This document shows positions 51,744 to 61,653 of a stretch of 64,000 nucleotides of DNA, piece by piece (position 1 is the first letter of the stretch; each line of letters starts with the position of its first letter). Under the pieces are notes generated by a model, which saw nothing but the letters and a program-made list of their open reading frames with translations, made no database searches and was not told the origin of the DNA. Location: IMG/VR virus record IMGVR_UViG_3300031949_000005, positions 1 through 64,000 of that record; one strand, 5' to 3'. Both the position numbers and the translations under genes were made by a program. The DNA comes from a virus.

Positions 51744-52415
51744 TTACGATCCCATTGCCGACATTTCATTGGTAAGTATATTTATAGATATTTCAAAATC
51801 AAGCGGAATTCCGCGAAGCCATTTCGTTAACTGACTTATCATTAGCCCAGCCATCATATTAGAATTATAAATTGTACTCTTTGCAGTGCATGAACCCCTA
51901 AATGCTTCTTCTGGCGGAAAAATCTTTGTTAGATATTTTTCTCTCGACTGGTCGTCAAATGTACTATAAATTCTTCCGGATTCCGCCGCCATCCTGCCAT
52001 CAATAAATAGTTGACATCGTTTTCCTACTGAATTAAAAATTTGCTTACGAGTTTCTATTGAATCTACACAACAAAATATAACAGAAGTATCTATAAATTC
52101 ACTGTTTTTAAATTTCTTATTATTCTTAATGATCTTAACAGAACTATTGATTTTAGAACAAAAATCTGCTACCGCATTTACTTTGGATTTTCCCATATCG
52201 CTTTCTAGAAAACCTTGTGGCGCTAGATTTTCTTCTTCTACGCTATCGAAATCAGTTAGATGAATAATAGGAACACCAATAGCTGCTGCTTGTATTGCTA
52301 CCTGTCTACCTATAGCACCTACTCCTATGATACTAATATCTACTAACTTAATCTTATCCCCTGGCACTAAATCTGATTGTCTTACGAATCTTTTTTCAAA
52401 CATTTCATACTCCAA
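51744..52415 (-). CDS. E1-like (ThiF/MoeB) activating enzyme
   Basis: RFVRQ, IIGVGAIG, DFDSVEEENL..Q, K, CVD...R, DGRM, GSCTAKST. Confidence 0.9.
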   Translation of the reverse strand: MEYEMFEKRFVRQSDLVPGDKIKLVDISIIGVGAIGRQVAIQAAAIGVPIIHLTDFDSVEEENLAPQGFLESDMGKSKVNAVADFCSKINSSVKIIKNNKKFKNSEFIDTSVIFCCVDSIETRKQIFNSVGKRCQLFIDGRMAAESGRIYSTFDDQSREKYLTKIFPPEEAFRGSCTAKSTIYNSNMMAGLMISQLTKWLRGIPLDFEISINILTNEMSAMGS

Positions 52416-53325
52416 TTAAAGACACTGGTTCGTTCTTCTCTATCCATTTATGGATACGTTCTATTATTTCTCCATTAGTATTAGTACAGTCATCTTCTGT
52501 ATCATCATTAATTAAGGTTTGATTTTCGACATCAAATTTATACATGATTCCCAACTCATCGTTCTCGCCATTGTTTTCCCAACAATATATATATTTCCCA
52601 CTACTTGAAGCATATATATCCCCATCATCATCTTCGTCGTCGTTTAGATCATTGATAATATCATCATATCGTTTATTTATGTTTTCTTCCGTATAGCCAC
52701 TTTTCGTGTAATCAAGTATTTCGCCAGTATTTTCGTCAAACCATACAGACGAACCTTTACTGTTCTTATTATTAATTATTATTATTGGCTTGGTTTTTGT
52801 CACCTTGTCTTTATATTCTTTATCCCATTCTTGGTGATTGCTTCCAACAAACGGAATAGAATAATCTACACAATAATCTAATAGAACCTCTGTACCTGGT
52901 CCAACGTTATATCGTAGCCTAGCATAAGTATCACCTTGTTTGGCTAATATAAAAAATATCGCCCAATGTGGATGACTAAAAGCTTTGTCGAAATTTTGTT
53001 CATCTGTACCACTTGGCTTGGCACAATTACCGGGATGGGTATGCCAAAATATATTCTGATGCATCCATGGACTTAATCCCTTATCTGTCATTTTTTCCAT
53101 AAAATCCGCCATATCTTGTTTATCAAAGTCTATGGTACATGGCGTACATTCTTGTTTTATTAAACATATATCTGTGACAAGTAACGGATCTTCGGTTTCG
53201 CATATTCCATAACCGCCAACTTCTGTTGGACCAATATCTCGAAAATACAACATTTTCGCCCATGAGTGGGGCGTAAATCTTAAAACACTATCTCTTGTTA
53301 ATTTCGGTTTAATAAATCCCATCAT
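52405..53325 (-). CDS. JAB/JAMM metallo-isopeptidase with acidic tail
   Basis: TEVGG and HTH-x7-S-x2-D (WHTHPGNCAKPSGTD). Confidence 0.88.
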   Translation of the reverse strand: MMGFIKPKLTRDSVLRFTPHSWAKMLYFRDIGPTEVGGYGICETEDPLLVTDICLIKQECTPCTIDFDKQDMADFMEKMTDKGLSPWMHQNIFWHTHPGNCAKPSGTDEQNFDKAFSHPHWAIFFILAKQGDTYARLRYNVGPGTEVLLDYCVDYSIPFVGSNHQEWDKEYKDKVTKTKPIIIINNKNSKGSSVWFDENTGEILDYTKSGYTEENINKRYDDIINDLNDDEDDDGDIYASSSGKYIYCWENNGENDELGIMYKFDVENQTLINDDTEDDCTNTNGEIIERIHKWIEKNEPVSLIGV

Positions 53326-53331
53326 TTTCTC

Positions 53332-54540
53332 CTATTGTACTGTCTGAGTATACAACGAACAACATTTATCTTTACAATCTAAACAACTTATTCCTTGACA
53401 TTTTTCGCAATATGAAGAACAATCCGAACAAACTTCTTTATCACAATTACATTTAATAGCACAATCTTTATGAATTATTTGTTTACACCCACATTCAAAT
53501 CTACATTTTTCACAAACTATTTCGCTACATTCTAAACACTCGTTACAACATTTCGTACACGAAGATTTACCACACCCACATATTCTTTCGCAATCAGCGC
53601 ATATATCGTGATCGCATCCCGATTCTACCAAACAACTATTACATGTATATTCCCCACACATACTACAATGTGCCGAATTTTCTGAACAACTTTGACAAAC
53701 AATGTCGTCGCAACAATGACAAGACTCTGTACAATCGAGACATATAGTTCTATCACATTTTTGGCATAAATATTCATCCCCATCGACACTGTTTCCACAC
53801 ACATCACAGGTCGATCCTTCCCAGTTGTCGAGTTCAATATGGGCACGACCTTCTGAATAAGTATTTAAGACTGCTAAGATTATATCGAAGCAATCCTCGA
53901 TTCTTCCTTGATAAAATGCTTCTATTGAAGTTTCCAGGCCATTTCCCATACATATGTAATCATTCTTTACGTGTGGATGTGTGACTGACTCATTACCATG
54001 CGCGGGATTACCCCCGTCTATACTTACCGCCTTAAATCCTAACCTTTCACCATCATAAGATTCTGTATCGTAGTATAACGATATACCTGTTTTGAACCTA
54101 CCTAATTCTTTTGATGTGTCGTGATATGATAAGGAAATATTTTTTGTTTCTATATATAAAAATCTTTCATCTTCATTATATTCTAATGAAGGCCATTTCT
54201 TCAACATTACCTCTATTTCTTTTTTAATATCGTCGATTGGTATTACATTATTTTTATATAGTATTTCACGAAGATTTTGAATAGAATTATGAAAATTATC
54301 TATGTTGCGCTTTATTCTATTTTGTATTTCATAATCAAGTTGACCCAACTTATTATCTATAGAATTTTTTCTAGAACACCTTCTAAGAGAACCCATATAT
54401 TTTTTCGATAATCTTAGATCACGAAAGAAAAAATACCATGTTGAAAAAATATCTTTTTTTCTTCCTTCGATATTCTTCTCATTATTTTTTACAAAAAACT
54501 TATAAATTTCTTTTGACACTTTATCAATGTCTAATGACAT
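53332..54540 (-). CDS. E2-like conjugating enzyme fused to tandem Cys-rich repeats
   Basis: THPHVKNDYICMG resembles UBC HPN...IC; about 155 aa of CxxC repeats. Confidence 0.78.
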   Translation of the reverse strand: MSLDIDKVSKEIYKFFVKNNEKNIEGRKKDIFSTWYFFFRDLRLSKKYMGSLRRCSRKNSIDNKLGQLDYEIQNRIKRNIDNFHNSIQNLREILYKNNVIPIDDIKKEIEVMLKKWPSLEYNEDERFLYIETKNISLSYHDTSKELGRFKTGISLYYDTESYDGERLGFKAVSIDGGNPAHGNESVTHPHVKNDYICMGNGLETSIEAFYQGRIEDCFDIILAVLNTYSEGRAHIELDNWEGSTCDVCGNSVDGDEYLCQKCDRTICLDCTESCHCCDDIVCQSCSENSAHCSMCGEYTCNSCLVESGCDHDICADCERICGCGKSSCTKCCNECLECSEIVCEKCRFECGCKQIIHKDCAIKCNCDKEVCSDCSSYCEKCQGISCLDCKDKCCSLYTQTVQ

Positions 54541-54567
54541 ATTATTTCCCTAGCGTTTGTATAATTG

Positions 54568-54612
54568 AAAAAATCTGGGGACCGACCTTTTACTAGCGAT
54601 CGGCCCCCAGAT
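54568..54612 (-). terminator. intrinsic terminator between Ubl and E2
   Basis: ATCTGGGGGCCGATC-10 nt loop-GGTCGGTCCCCAGAT, then a T run; 15-bp stem with 2 G-U pairs. Confidence 0.85.
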
Positions 54613-54631
54613 ATAGATCATACTTTATTAA

Positions 54632-54871
54632 TTAAAGTATGACTGCACCCTCCACCTTAGTTGGCGTGAGACTGATGCGATCCCCATCCTCAAGGACGTA
54701 ATCACAATCTACGACCTCGGAATGTCCATCGCTCGATCGCACCTTGATGTCGAAATCATCGACATTGCCAGTGAAATTGGTGTCGAGGAACGAGCCAACA
54801 GTGATTCCGTTGCGAACGTTCAACGCCTGGGGCATACCACTACCATCATTAGTAACCAGTGTAACTCTCAT
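54632..54871 (-). CDS. ubiquitin-like (beta-grasp) protein, 79 aa
   Basis: AAAGGAG upstream; MRVTLV...DYVLEDGDRISLTPTKVEGA-VIL*. Confidence 0.85.
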   Translation of the reverse strand: MRVTLVTNDGSGMPQALNVRNGITVGSFLDTNFTGNVDDFDIKVRSSDGHSEVVDCDYVLEDGDRISLTPTKVEGAVIL

Positions 54872-54883
54872 ACAACTCTCCTT

Positions 54884-54912
54884 TAAAAAACAAACAAACA
54901 AACAAAAAACAC
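54884..54912 (-). repeat. (TTTG)n U-rich leader before the Ubl ribosome-binding site
   Basis: GTGTTTTTTGTTTGTTTGTTTGTTTTTT directly 5' of AAAGGAG. Confidence 0.6.
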
Positions 54913-54956
54913 ACCCGAACACTTTTACTACCGAATCATCATTATTTTTCCTCCTA

Positions 54957-55115
54957 TTAAAAGTAATCGTCATCAAATCTTTGTTTTTTATTCTTCCTAT
55001 TCTTAGATTCTTCTATTGGTTCCATCGCTATATTACATATACTACAAAGAATATCTTCAAATTCTTCTTCTGTGGCATGAGCAATTCTATTGCAGGTTGG
55101 ACACTGAAACTTCAT
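54957..55115 (-). CDS. small Zn-ribbon protein, 52 aa (not in ORF track)
   Basis: AAGGA upstream; MKFQCPTCNR...ILCSICNIAMEP. Confidence 0.7.
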   Translation of the reverse strand: MKFQCPTCNRIAHATEEEFEDILCSICNIAMEPIEESKNRKNKKQRFDDDYF

Positions 55116-55137
55116 ACGGATAATCCTTATAAAGATC

Positions 55138-55674
55138 TCATGGTATATGCTTCCATATTTTCCCTTTATTTATAGAACATATTGTATGGTTACTTATTTT
55201 GAAAATTTCTGCAATTTGCATTTGGTTTAAAATACCATAATTTAATAATTTTTTAATAATTTTAACTTGATTTTCATTTAATTTAGCATAACCATTTTTT
55301 GATCCTTTTGTATCATTTTTAGGGGGTAGTGTAAAAGTTCCATGACTTTTCTTGTCTAATTGATTTTCGCTTTTAGTTCCCCATTTTAAATTATCTAATT
55401 TATTATTATGTCTATTACCATCTAGGTGTCTGGTTTCCATTCCATATGGTTTTTTACCACAGAATGATTTCAAGACTAACGAATGAACGGTATATATTTT
55501 TTTTATTTTGTTTTTGCATAAATTTACTTGCAAATACCCATTTTTGTTTTTAATATTTTTTAAAATGAATTCTTTGTCTTTTTTATATCTTCCGATTAGA
55601 CTTTTAATGTTCCCTAAATTAGAAACCTTGTATAATTGCTCATATTCAGGAATATCTTTCCATATTTCTTTCAT
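55138..55674 (-). CDS. NUMOD4-HNH homing endonuclease
   Basis: EIWKDIPEYE.LYKVSNLG; VHSLVL; RHLDGN..NN..NLKWGT. Confidence 0.9.
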   Translation of the reverse strand: MKEIWKDIPEYEQLYKVSNLGNIKSLIGRYKKDKEFILKNIKNKNGYLQVNLCKNKIKKIYTVHSLVLKSFCGKKPYGMETRHLDGNRHNNKLDNLKWGTKSENQLDKKSHGTFTLPPKNDTKGSKNGYAKLNENQVKIIKKLLNYGILNQMQIAEIFKISNHTICSINKGKIWKHIP

Positions 55675-55675
55675 A

Positions 55676-56644
55676 TTAACGTTCCAAATAACGCTGACTG
55701 ATTATTTTAAATATGCATCTACCAACTTTTGGATGAATTCTTTCTTGTATTGGTCTAATCACAATTCCCTCTGCTAAATGATTTGCTCCAAATATTTTAC
55801 TATCTTCATTTGCTAATTCACAAGCTAATTCAAAATTGAATGGACCATGGAAAAGTTCTGGAACCCAATCTAATCCTGTCTTTATTTTATCAACTTCGTT
55901 TTTATTAAGAAAATTTCCACCAATCATTAAATCAAAAACTCTAACCATTAACCTGCCTGGCCCTGCTCCATACTTTAAATCCTGGACTTGGCCGAATATT
56001 TCAGAATAGATTACTACATCTTCATTATGTATCGCCCAACTTTCTATCCATGGATTTTGTCTTAATCCGTTCCACCATAAATTATTATAAATATCTTTTT
56101 TCCAATTAGACCTGCTGCCACACCACATTTGTCCTTTGTGGAAGAGATATCTCGCATTGGATCCATGGAGTTTTTCGTGTATTAATACCTCTTCTCCTTC
56201 TTGTATTAAAGAATTATGATAAATACCTTTTGACTTACCTTTAAAATTTTCTACATCATATTTAGGAGACGAGAGAGCTGGACCAGGAATATTGTCGCCC
56301 GTACTTGAGTAATTAATTTCAACTTCATAATGAGTTATTCCTAATAATTCCGCGCAATTATCTCCTTCCTTAACTCCTTCGGGTGCTTTTACGAGCAATC
56401 CTTCCGATAGATGTCCGCAGAATCTACGAATCTTTATTCTCTTATGTTCTCCGAGAAACTTAAATAATTGCGTATCGGGCGCTATACTATCCGGAGGAAG
56501 ATGAACCGCCAACTCGTTCTCTTCCCAGTCCTCTGTTTTAACCACGCATTGATAGCCGCCTATTCGAATCCTACTTAGTTTTTCTGTATCTGGCAATCTT
56601 TCCATTTTTATTACTATACACGGACATTCATTTGAGCTAGGCAT
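55676..56644 (-). CDS. ATP-dependent RNA ligase, DRB0094 family
   Basis: N-terminal OB (LPPDS, SEGL); EKLHGSN, EIFG, FDL, EGIVI, KIIS..YL. Confidence 0.88.
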   Translation of the reverse strand: MPSSNECPCIVIKMERLPDTEKLSRIRIGGYQCVVKTEDWEENELAVHLPPDSIAPDTQLFKFLGEHKRIKIRRFCGHLSEGLLVKAPEGVKEGDNCAELLGITHYEVEINYSSTGDNIPGPALSSPKYDVENFKGKSKGIYHNSLIQEGEEVLIHEKLHGSNARYLFHKGQMWCGSRSNWKKDIYNNLWWNGLRQNPWIESWAIHNEDVVIYSEIFGQVQDLKYGAGPGRLMVRVFDLMIGGNFLNKNEVDKIKTGLDWVPELFHGPFNFELACELANEDSKIFGANHLAEGIVIRPIQERIHPKVGRCIFKIISQRYLER

Positions 56645-59360
56645 CTAAATTCTCCGCATTAGATGTGTCCAAAAGACACAAACATTTGTTCTCGTAGAGA
56701 ATATATCCCTCGTCTAATGCCTGATCAACACAATTTTGTTGAAAATCTGGTATGACTTTAAGAGCTTCTTCTAAAAACCGTTTTTGTGCTTTTAACAAAT
56801 TTTTACTCACCGCAATGATTTCGTCCGGCGTACCGTCCGCAAATGCATACATAACGATAAACATTTTATATCATCCCCTATAAATCATTATACTTATTGG
56901 CCACAGATTAATCATTATTGATCCTTTGTGGCCCAAATCTAATAATACGCCATAATATATAAAATATGGACTAAATAATTCTATACTTAAATTAAACTTA
57001 AAGGGTAAATTTAAATACCATTCACAACAAAATTTCTTAAGCCATTCAATAAACATAATTACCTCCATAACATAGCCATGGGTATTTCTTTATTTTTTGC
57101 CTTTTCTATGACTTTCGCCAAGAATCCCTGTCCAACAGGAGAACCCAACCACTGGATAATCGTTGCTGCAACTTTATGTTGTTCTTTTGTTGCCGGTAAA
57201 GGATCACTTCTCCCAGAAGAATCCATCATATAAGGTAACATATTATGAGTATTTTCTTCTTGCCATACTTCTGCGAATAATTTTTCTAATGGTTCTCTTG
57301 AATATCTATGACTAGAGATACCTTGAAATATTTTTTTAATTCTCATATTGTCTCTGCTCGTATATATGCATTGAGTGGTATTACCATAAGATGGTCCGTA
57401 AAATGATGTAAAGTTCCAGCATCGTTTAAACCGAACCCTACTGAATTTGTTTTACGACTATGGGATGGGTCTGTTTTCATATAGAGTCTCCCGTCATATA
57501 TAAATGCTCTACCAATATCTATATCCTTAAAAAGAATTTGGTTGTCTATAAATTTTATGTGATATCCAATAGGTTCATGATTTCCCATTAACAATCTCCT
57601 TTTTGTATGCTTCCTCAAAAGTATCTAACCAATCAATAATATATCCATTTACCTCGTCCTCGCCGTATGCATGACCGTTTGTGTAGGCTATTTGGGTTAT
57701 GACAGGAATTATCCACCTAGGAAGTGGACTATGTTCTATTTTATATGAAACTTCTTCTTTTAGTTCTTGATTAATACTTCTCATATATGAATCCGTAACT
57801 TATACCCACAGTTATACATAACAAACGAAGCGTCAAATATCTAGTTCTAAATTGAAAATCTACGCCTATCTCCCACATGTTATTTTTCCATTTATCAATA
57901 ATAATTATAAAACGATGTACCCTAATAGTCGTTTCATGGTGTGGATGATTAAACTCTTTTGTAATTTCTATAAACTTATTCATTGAGATATTCCTTATAA
58001 TTCGTGATCAATAACGACACATTTATACAACCCATTAAATCTTTTCCATAATACATCGCTGATGTTTCGCTATGATTATTGCTACATATTACTGTATTCA
58101 ATTCATTCGTTTTAATCTAATCATTCTTCCGCACGATAGACAAATATAATAATTATTTTCAGTATGGTCTCTCAACAAAGATAATCTCCCTTTTCGCTAA
58201 TTCTGGATAAAACTTTTGTAACCAGACTCTTGTATATTTAACTACATCGTCTTTAGTAAAACATTTCTGATTAGTTAGAACAGTATCGTAATCCATCGCA
58301 AACCCATTATCACCCACGACATCACTATAGTTTTGGTCAAGCCAATCAATAAAACCTTTTCTATTATCGCCAAGTTTCAAAAATTCGTCATTGTGACATT
58401 TTTTATTATCAAAATAAAGGGATGTATGAAGATCTTCCAATGAAATATAGTCTATGGTATTGACACTTTCTACGGTAAAAATCCATCTGTAATCAAATCC
58501 GAATGGTATTATATCTTTCCAATTTTTAACCGTATCTTTGAACCAATTAATAAGAGATCTTTCCTTAAACAACCACAAATTAAATATCTGTTTAAGAGAC
58601 CTGAATCCTGGTAATCTAATTTGAACATCGAGATAGCACGGACCATCATATTTGCTTCCATCTGGTTCAAAACTACACCATTCATGTACTTCTATTGGGC
58701 GCGATTTAAAAAATTTTTCTAAAAGTTTAAAACTTTTGTGTATTCTTTTTATCCACCTATAATGATCTTTTGCGTCATTATATTTTATTTTTGCTTCTCT
58801 AATATGATTCATATTATTTCTTTCCTATAATTATCCAAAACCGAATCTCTATCAAAATATCCCCAACATGAATCTAATTCTTCTCCAGCGCTTCCACATT
58901 CGGAGCAATTTTTATCTCTTATGATATATCCATACACTTCTCCTGACAGGTATTGATTATATGATTCTATTTCGCTTGATATCACTTGTTCGGCTCGTTT
59001 TAGATTATTTTTTAGTTCTTGCTCAATATACTCTTTTGGAAGAAAAATGAATCCAATTTGTCCGCTATCCCAGGGACAACCAAAGGGCTGAATACTAATA
59101 GATAATCCAGAATGATCCATTAAATAAAGGGGATGTATTATACACTGAGGATTATCTTCTTCTATTTTTGTTTTGAATTCATCCCAAGATTCATAATCAG
59201 ATTTTTTATAATGATGTGTATCGCCAAGGTCGTATCTTTTATGAAAGCATAAAATATAGCATAAATTATCCCATTCTTTTCTTGGATTTATAGGATCTGG
59301 ATCAATATGAATTTCTAAGATTTTACCATCTTTAAGTTTGAAAATTTCTATTGGCACCAT
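56637..59360 (-). other. run of small hypothetical CDS (56637, 56871, 57059, 57343, 57575, 57771, 58159, 58809)
   Basis: Tile on minus strand; 58809 has YLMDHSG..WDSGQ.G. Confidence 0.55.
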
Positions 59361-60796
59361 AAAGTTCCCCTTATATCACCCAGAGATAATTTTTTGAAAA
59401 ATAGGCCATCACTCCATACAATTTGCAATAAAGAATCTTTTTCTTGTGATCTACCAGCTTTATCAAGCAATCTTATGGTTCCATCTTGATCTTTAAATAC
59501 CATTAATCTTCCAGTGGCAGAAAACTTATCCCCAGTATCTGTGACTGGTTTCTTAAATAAATCTCTCCCGACTCCATTTATACAAGCCCACGTTGCTTTC
59601 ATGGCAAAACCATATACGTCTCTAGTACAGTATTCATATGTATAACTTCCTATGCCAAAAACCATATTTGTTGAAGCGAATCCCTTGTTCTTTAGTCCTT
59701 CACAAATTTCTCGACATCTATCGTAAGTTATTGCGTCGCCATATATACACCCTATATGGGGATCTAATTGTTTATATCCTTTTTCGTTAACTGTTCCGTC
59801 GAATAAATCCCACAAAAGTTCAATAACACCCCTCGACGCAGGACCATCTTTATTCGAATCCCCACATATAATTTTTATGGGATCACCACTATCTGGTCTT
59901 ATCACTAATTTACCATTACGCGACATTATCTTGTCTTTAAGAGTGGGCAAAATTTCCGTAATGACTTTCCATAAATCCCATGTATCACTTACTACAGAAA
60001 CTATACCGGATGGATATAAATTCAATATTCTTTCGAAGGTTTCTAATTCGGATTCGCTGCCGCCAGCGCTCATGACAGAATGTTCTGTTGCTGCAACAGA
60101 ACCACCGACTAATCCATTATTGCCAGGATAATATTTGTCAACAAATTCTATAGCCGGAATAGTATCGGTGCCAGTGAAGCTAAGCAAATGTCCAGCGCCC
60201 GACAACATCGCATCTTCGATTCCACTCATGCCTCTCATTGAGAAATCATGTCCTTGCCAATTTACGAAATCTTTGTCGCCTCCTGTAACTTCGGCGAAAT
60301 TATTCAAAAGTTTTTTATACCTATATGCAGTTGTTGCCGATGTGCATGGCTTCCACAAAATATTAGACATCAATGTTTCTATATAATTGACTAACCAATA
60401 AAATTTTTCATCGGTATTTTCGACTGTAAGCATAGGAACACCAATAGGACAAAGTGTTCCTTCGGGAAGAGCACAAAACATCAATGGGACGCGACCAAGT
60501 TCATGTAATTCACAAATATGTTGAGTACCTATAGAATTGGGTCCGAGGTAATTATTTACTCTAGTTTTATATTCATGTTCTATATTAGATCTCTTTCTAT
60601 CAAAGAAATGTTCGCTCATCAATTCACCGAGATATCTTTTCAAGAAATATTGAAGGCCGAAAAATACTACTTCTTTTTGTTCTTCGATTCTAGATGATCG
60701 TGGAGTCCAGTTAGAATAAACAAATTTTGTTCCCTTCGGATACTGACGCCTATGGTCTAGTTTATAACCGTCGATCAATAACATTGGGTTCATCAA
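59348..60796 (-). CDS. nicotinamide phosphoribosyltransferase-like (Namat candidate)
   Basis: DGYK..H..QYP, HDFSMRG, ATEHSVM, VSDTWD, IRPDSGDP, YGDAI. Confidence 0.92.
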   Translation of the reverse strand: MMNPMLLIDGYKLDHRRQYPKGTKFVYSNWTPRSSRIEEQKEVVFFGLQYFLKRYLGELMSEHFFDRKRSNIEHEYKTRVNNYLGPNSIGTQHICELHELGRVPLMFCALPEGTLCPIGVPMLTVENTDEKFYWLVNYIETLMSNILWKPCTSATTAYRYKKLLNNFAEVTGGDKDFVNWQGHDFSMRGMSGIEDAMLSGAGHLLSFTGTDTIPAIEFVDKYYPGNNGLVGGSVAATEHSVMSAGGSESELETFERILNLYPSGIVSVVSDTWDLWKVITEILPTLKDKIMSRNGKLVIRPDSGDPIKIICGDSNKDGPASRGVIELLWDLFDGTVNEKGYKQLDPHIGCIYGDAITYDRCREICEGLKNKGFASTNMVFGIGSYTYEYCTRDVYGFAMKATWACINGVGRDLFKKPVTDTGDKFSATGRLMVFKDQDGTIRLLDKAGRSQEKDSLLQIVWSDGLFFKKLSLGDIRGTLWCQ

Positions 60797-61653
60797 CTAT
60801 TCTCCTTTAGTAATTCTCTCATTTTATACGCTGCGTGCCAAAATAATGACTTAATTGTGACAAATCTATCTGATTCATACGATATCATCGAATCGGTAGT
60901 AATAATCTTTTCAAATCTTAAAAGTAATTCATTAAATCCTTTAGAAAAAATACCATGAGAAACGAATAAATCTAATTTAATATTATTTTTTCCGTATGTA
61001 TTAAAAAGATGATCGGCTAGACCAATAAATGTTGCACCACCATCACATATATCGTCCACCATTAGAAAATGACCCAAGTTGTTATCAGAAATGCCTACTA
61101 TTTCAAAATGCGATAACTTGCCATCGTTTGTATTTCTCTTTTTGTGACAAAATATTATATTGTCAATTTTGGCTTTCTCGGCAAACTTTCTGACTCTCTT
61201 TTCAGCACCGGCGTCTGGACATATTATACCGTCATATTGTTTTTCTAACGGGATAAAAACTTCTTGTGGCTCTATAGTGTTAATATTTAATAAACCGCCT
61301 AGGACATCAGAGTGCGGATCGAGTACCAATATCTCGTCCAGTTCAAATTTTTCCAATAATTCGGCATAAACTTTTAATGTGTGTGGAGTACCGACCTGCC
61401 TTCTATCTTGACGCGCTCCAGGGAAATACGGAATGAATAATCCCAGTTTGTCGGGTTTAAGAGACCTCAAAGTATCAAGAAAAACCAAAAGCTGCATAAA
61501 CTCAGTACCACTTTTTGGTCTCGCATCAACCCATATTCTTTGATTTCTAACGAAATCTGGATTGATTTTTATATGTGGTTCACCGCCACTAAAAACAAAT
61601 GATTCAAATGGATAATTAGTATTATCTTCATCAACTATATTATATAGTTTCAT
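60793..61653 (-). CDS. ribose-phosphate pyrophosphokinase-like (Adps candidate)
   Basis: FSGGE, PYFPGARQDR, DPHS, PDAGA, VDDICDGGATF, VSHGIFS. Confidence 0.92.
   Translation of the reverse strand: MKLYNIVDEDNTNYPFESFVFSGGEPHIKINPDFVRNQRIWVDARPKSGTEFMQLLVFLDTLRSLKPDKLGLFIPYFPGARQDRRQVGTPHTLKVYAELLEKFELDEILVLDPHSDVLGGLLNINTIEPQEVFIPLEKQYDGIICPDAGAEKRVRKFAEKAKIDNIIFCHKKRNTNDGKLSHFEIVGISDNNLGHFLMVDDICDGGATFIGLADHLFNTYGKNNIKLDLFVSHGIFSKGFNELLLRFEKIITTDSMISYESDRFVTIKSLFWHAAYKMRELLKENS

Noticed and set aside
50659-54540. Type II CBASS (nucleotidyltransferase next to E1/E2/JAB)
   Set aside because: The transferase has RlaP/YcgL motifs rather than CD-NTase ones and ends LWKQ. A separate Ubl is present and no effector is adjacent. 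A functional link is not strictly excluded.
51744-54871. ThiF/ThiS or MoeB/MoaD cofactor biosynthesis
   Set aside because: No thiG, moaE or rhodanese genes; an E2-like gene lies within the operon.
54632-54976. 114-aa ORF-track version of the Ubl
   Set aside because: The extension translates the (TTTG)n leader and overlaps another ORF; a strong ribosome-binding site supports ATG at 54871.
57984-58158. Possible small Zn-finger gene in the gap
   Set aside because: Only broken frames without a clear start; probably a remnant.
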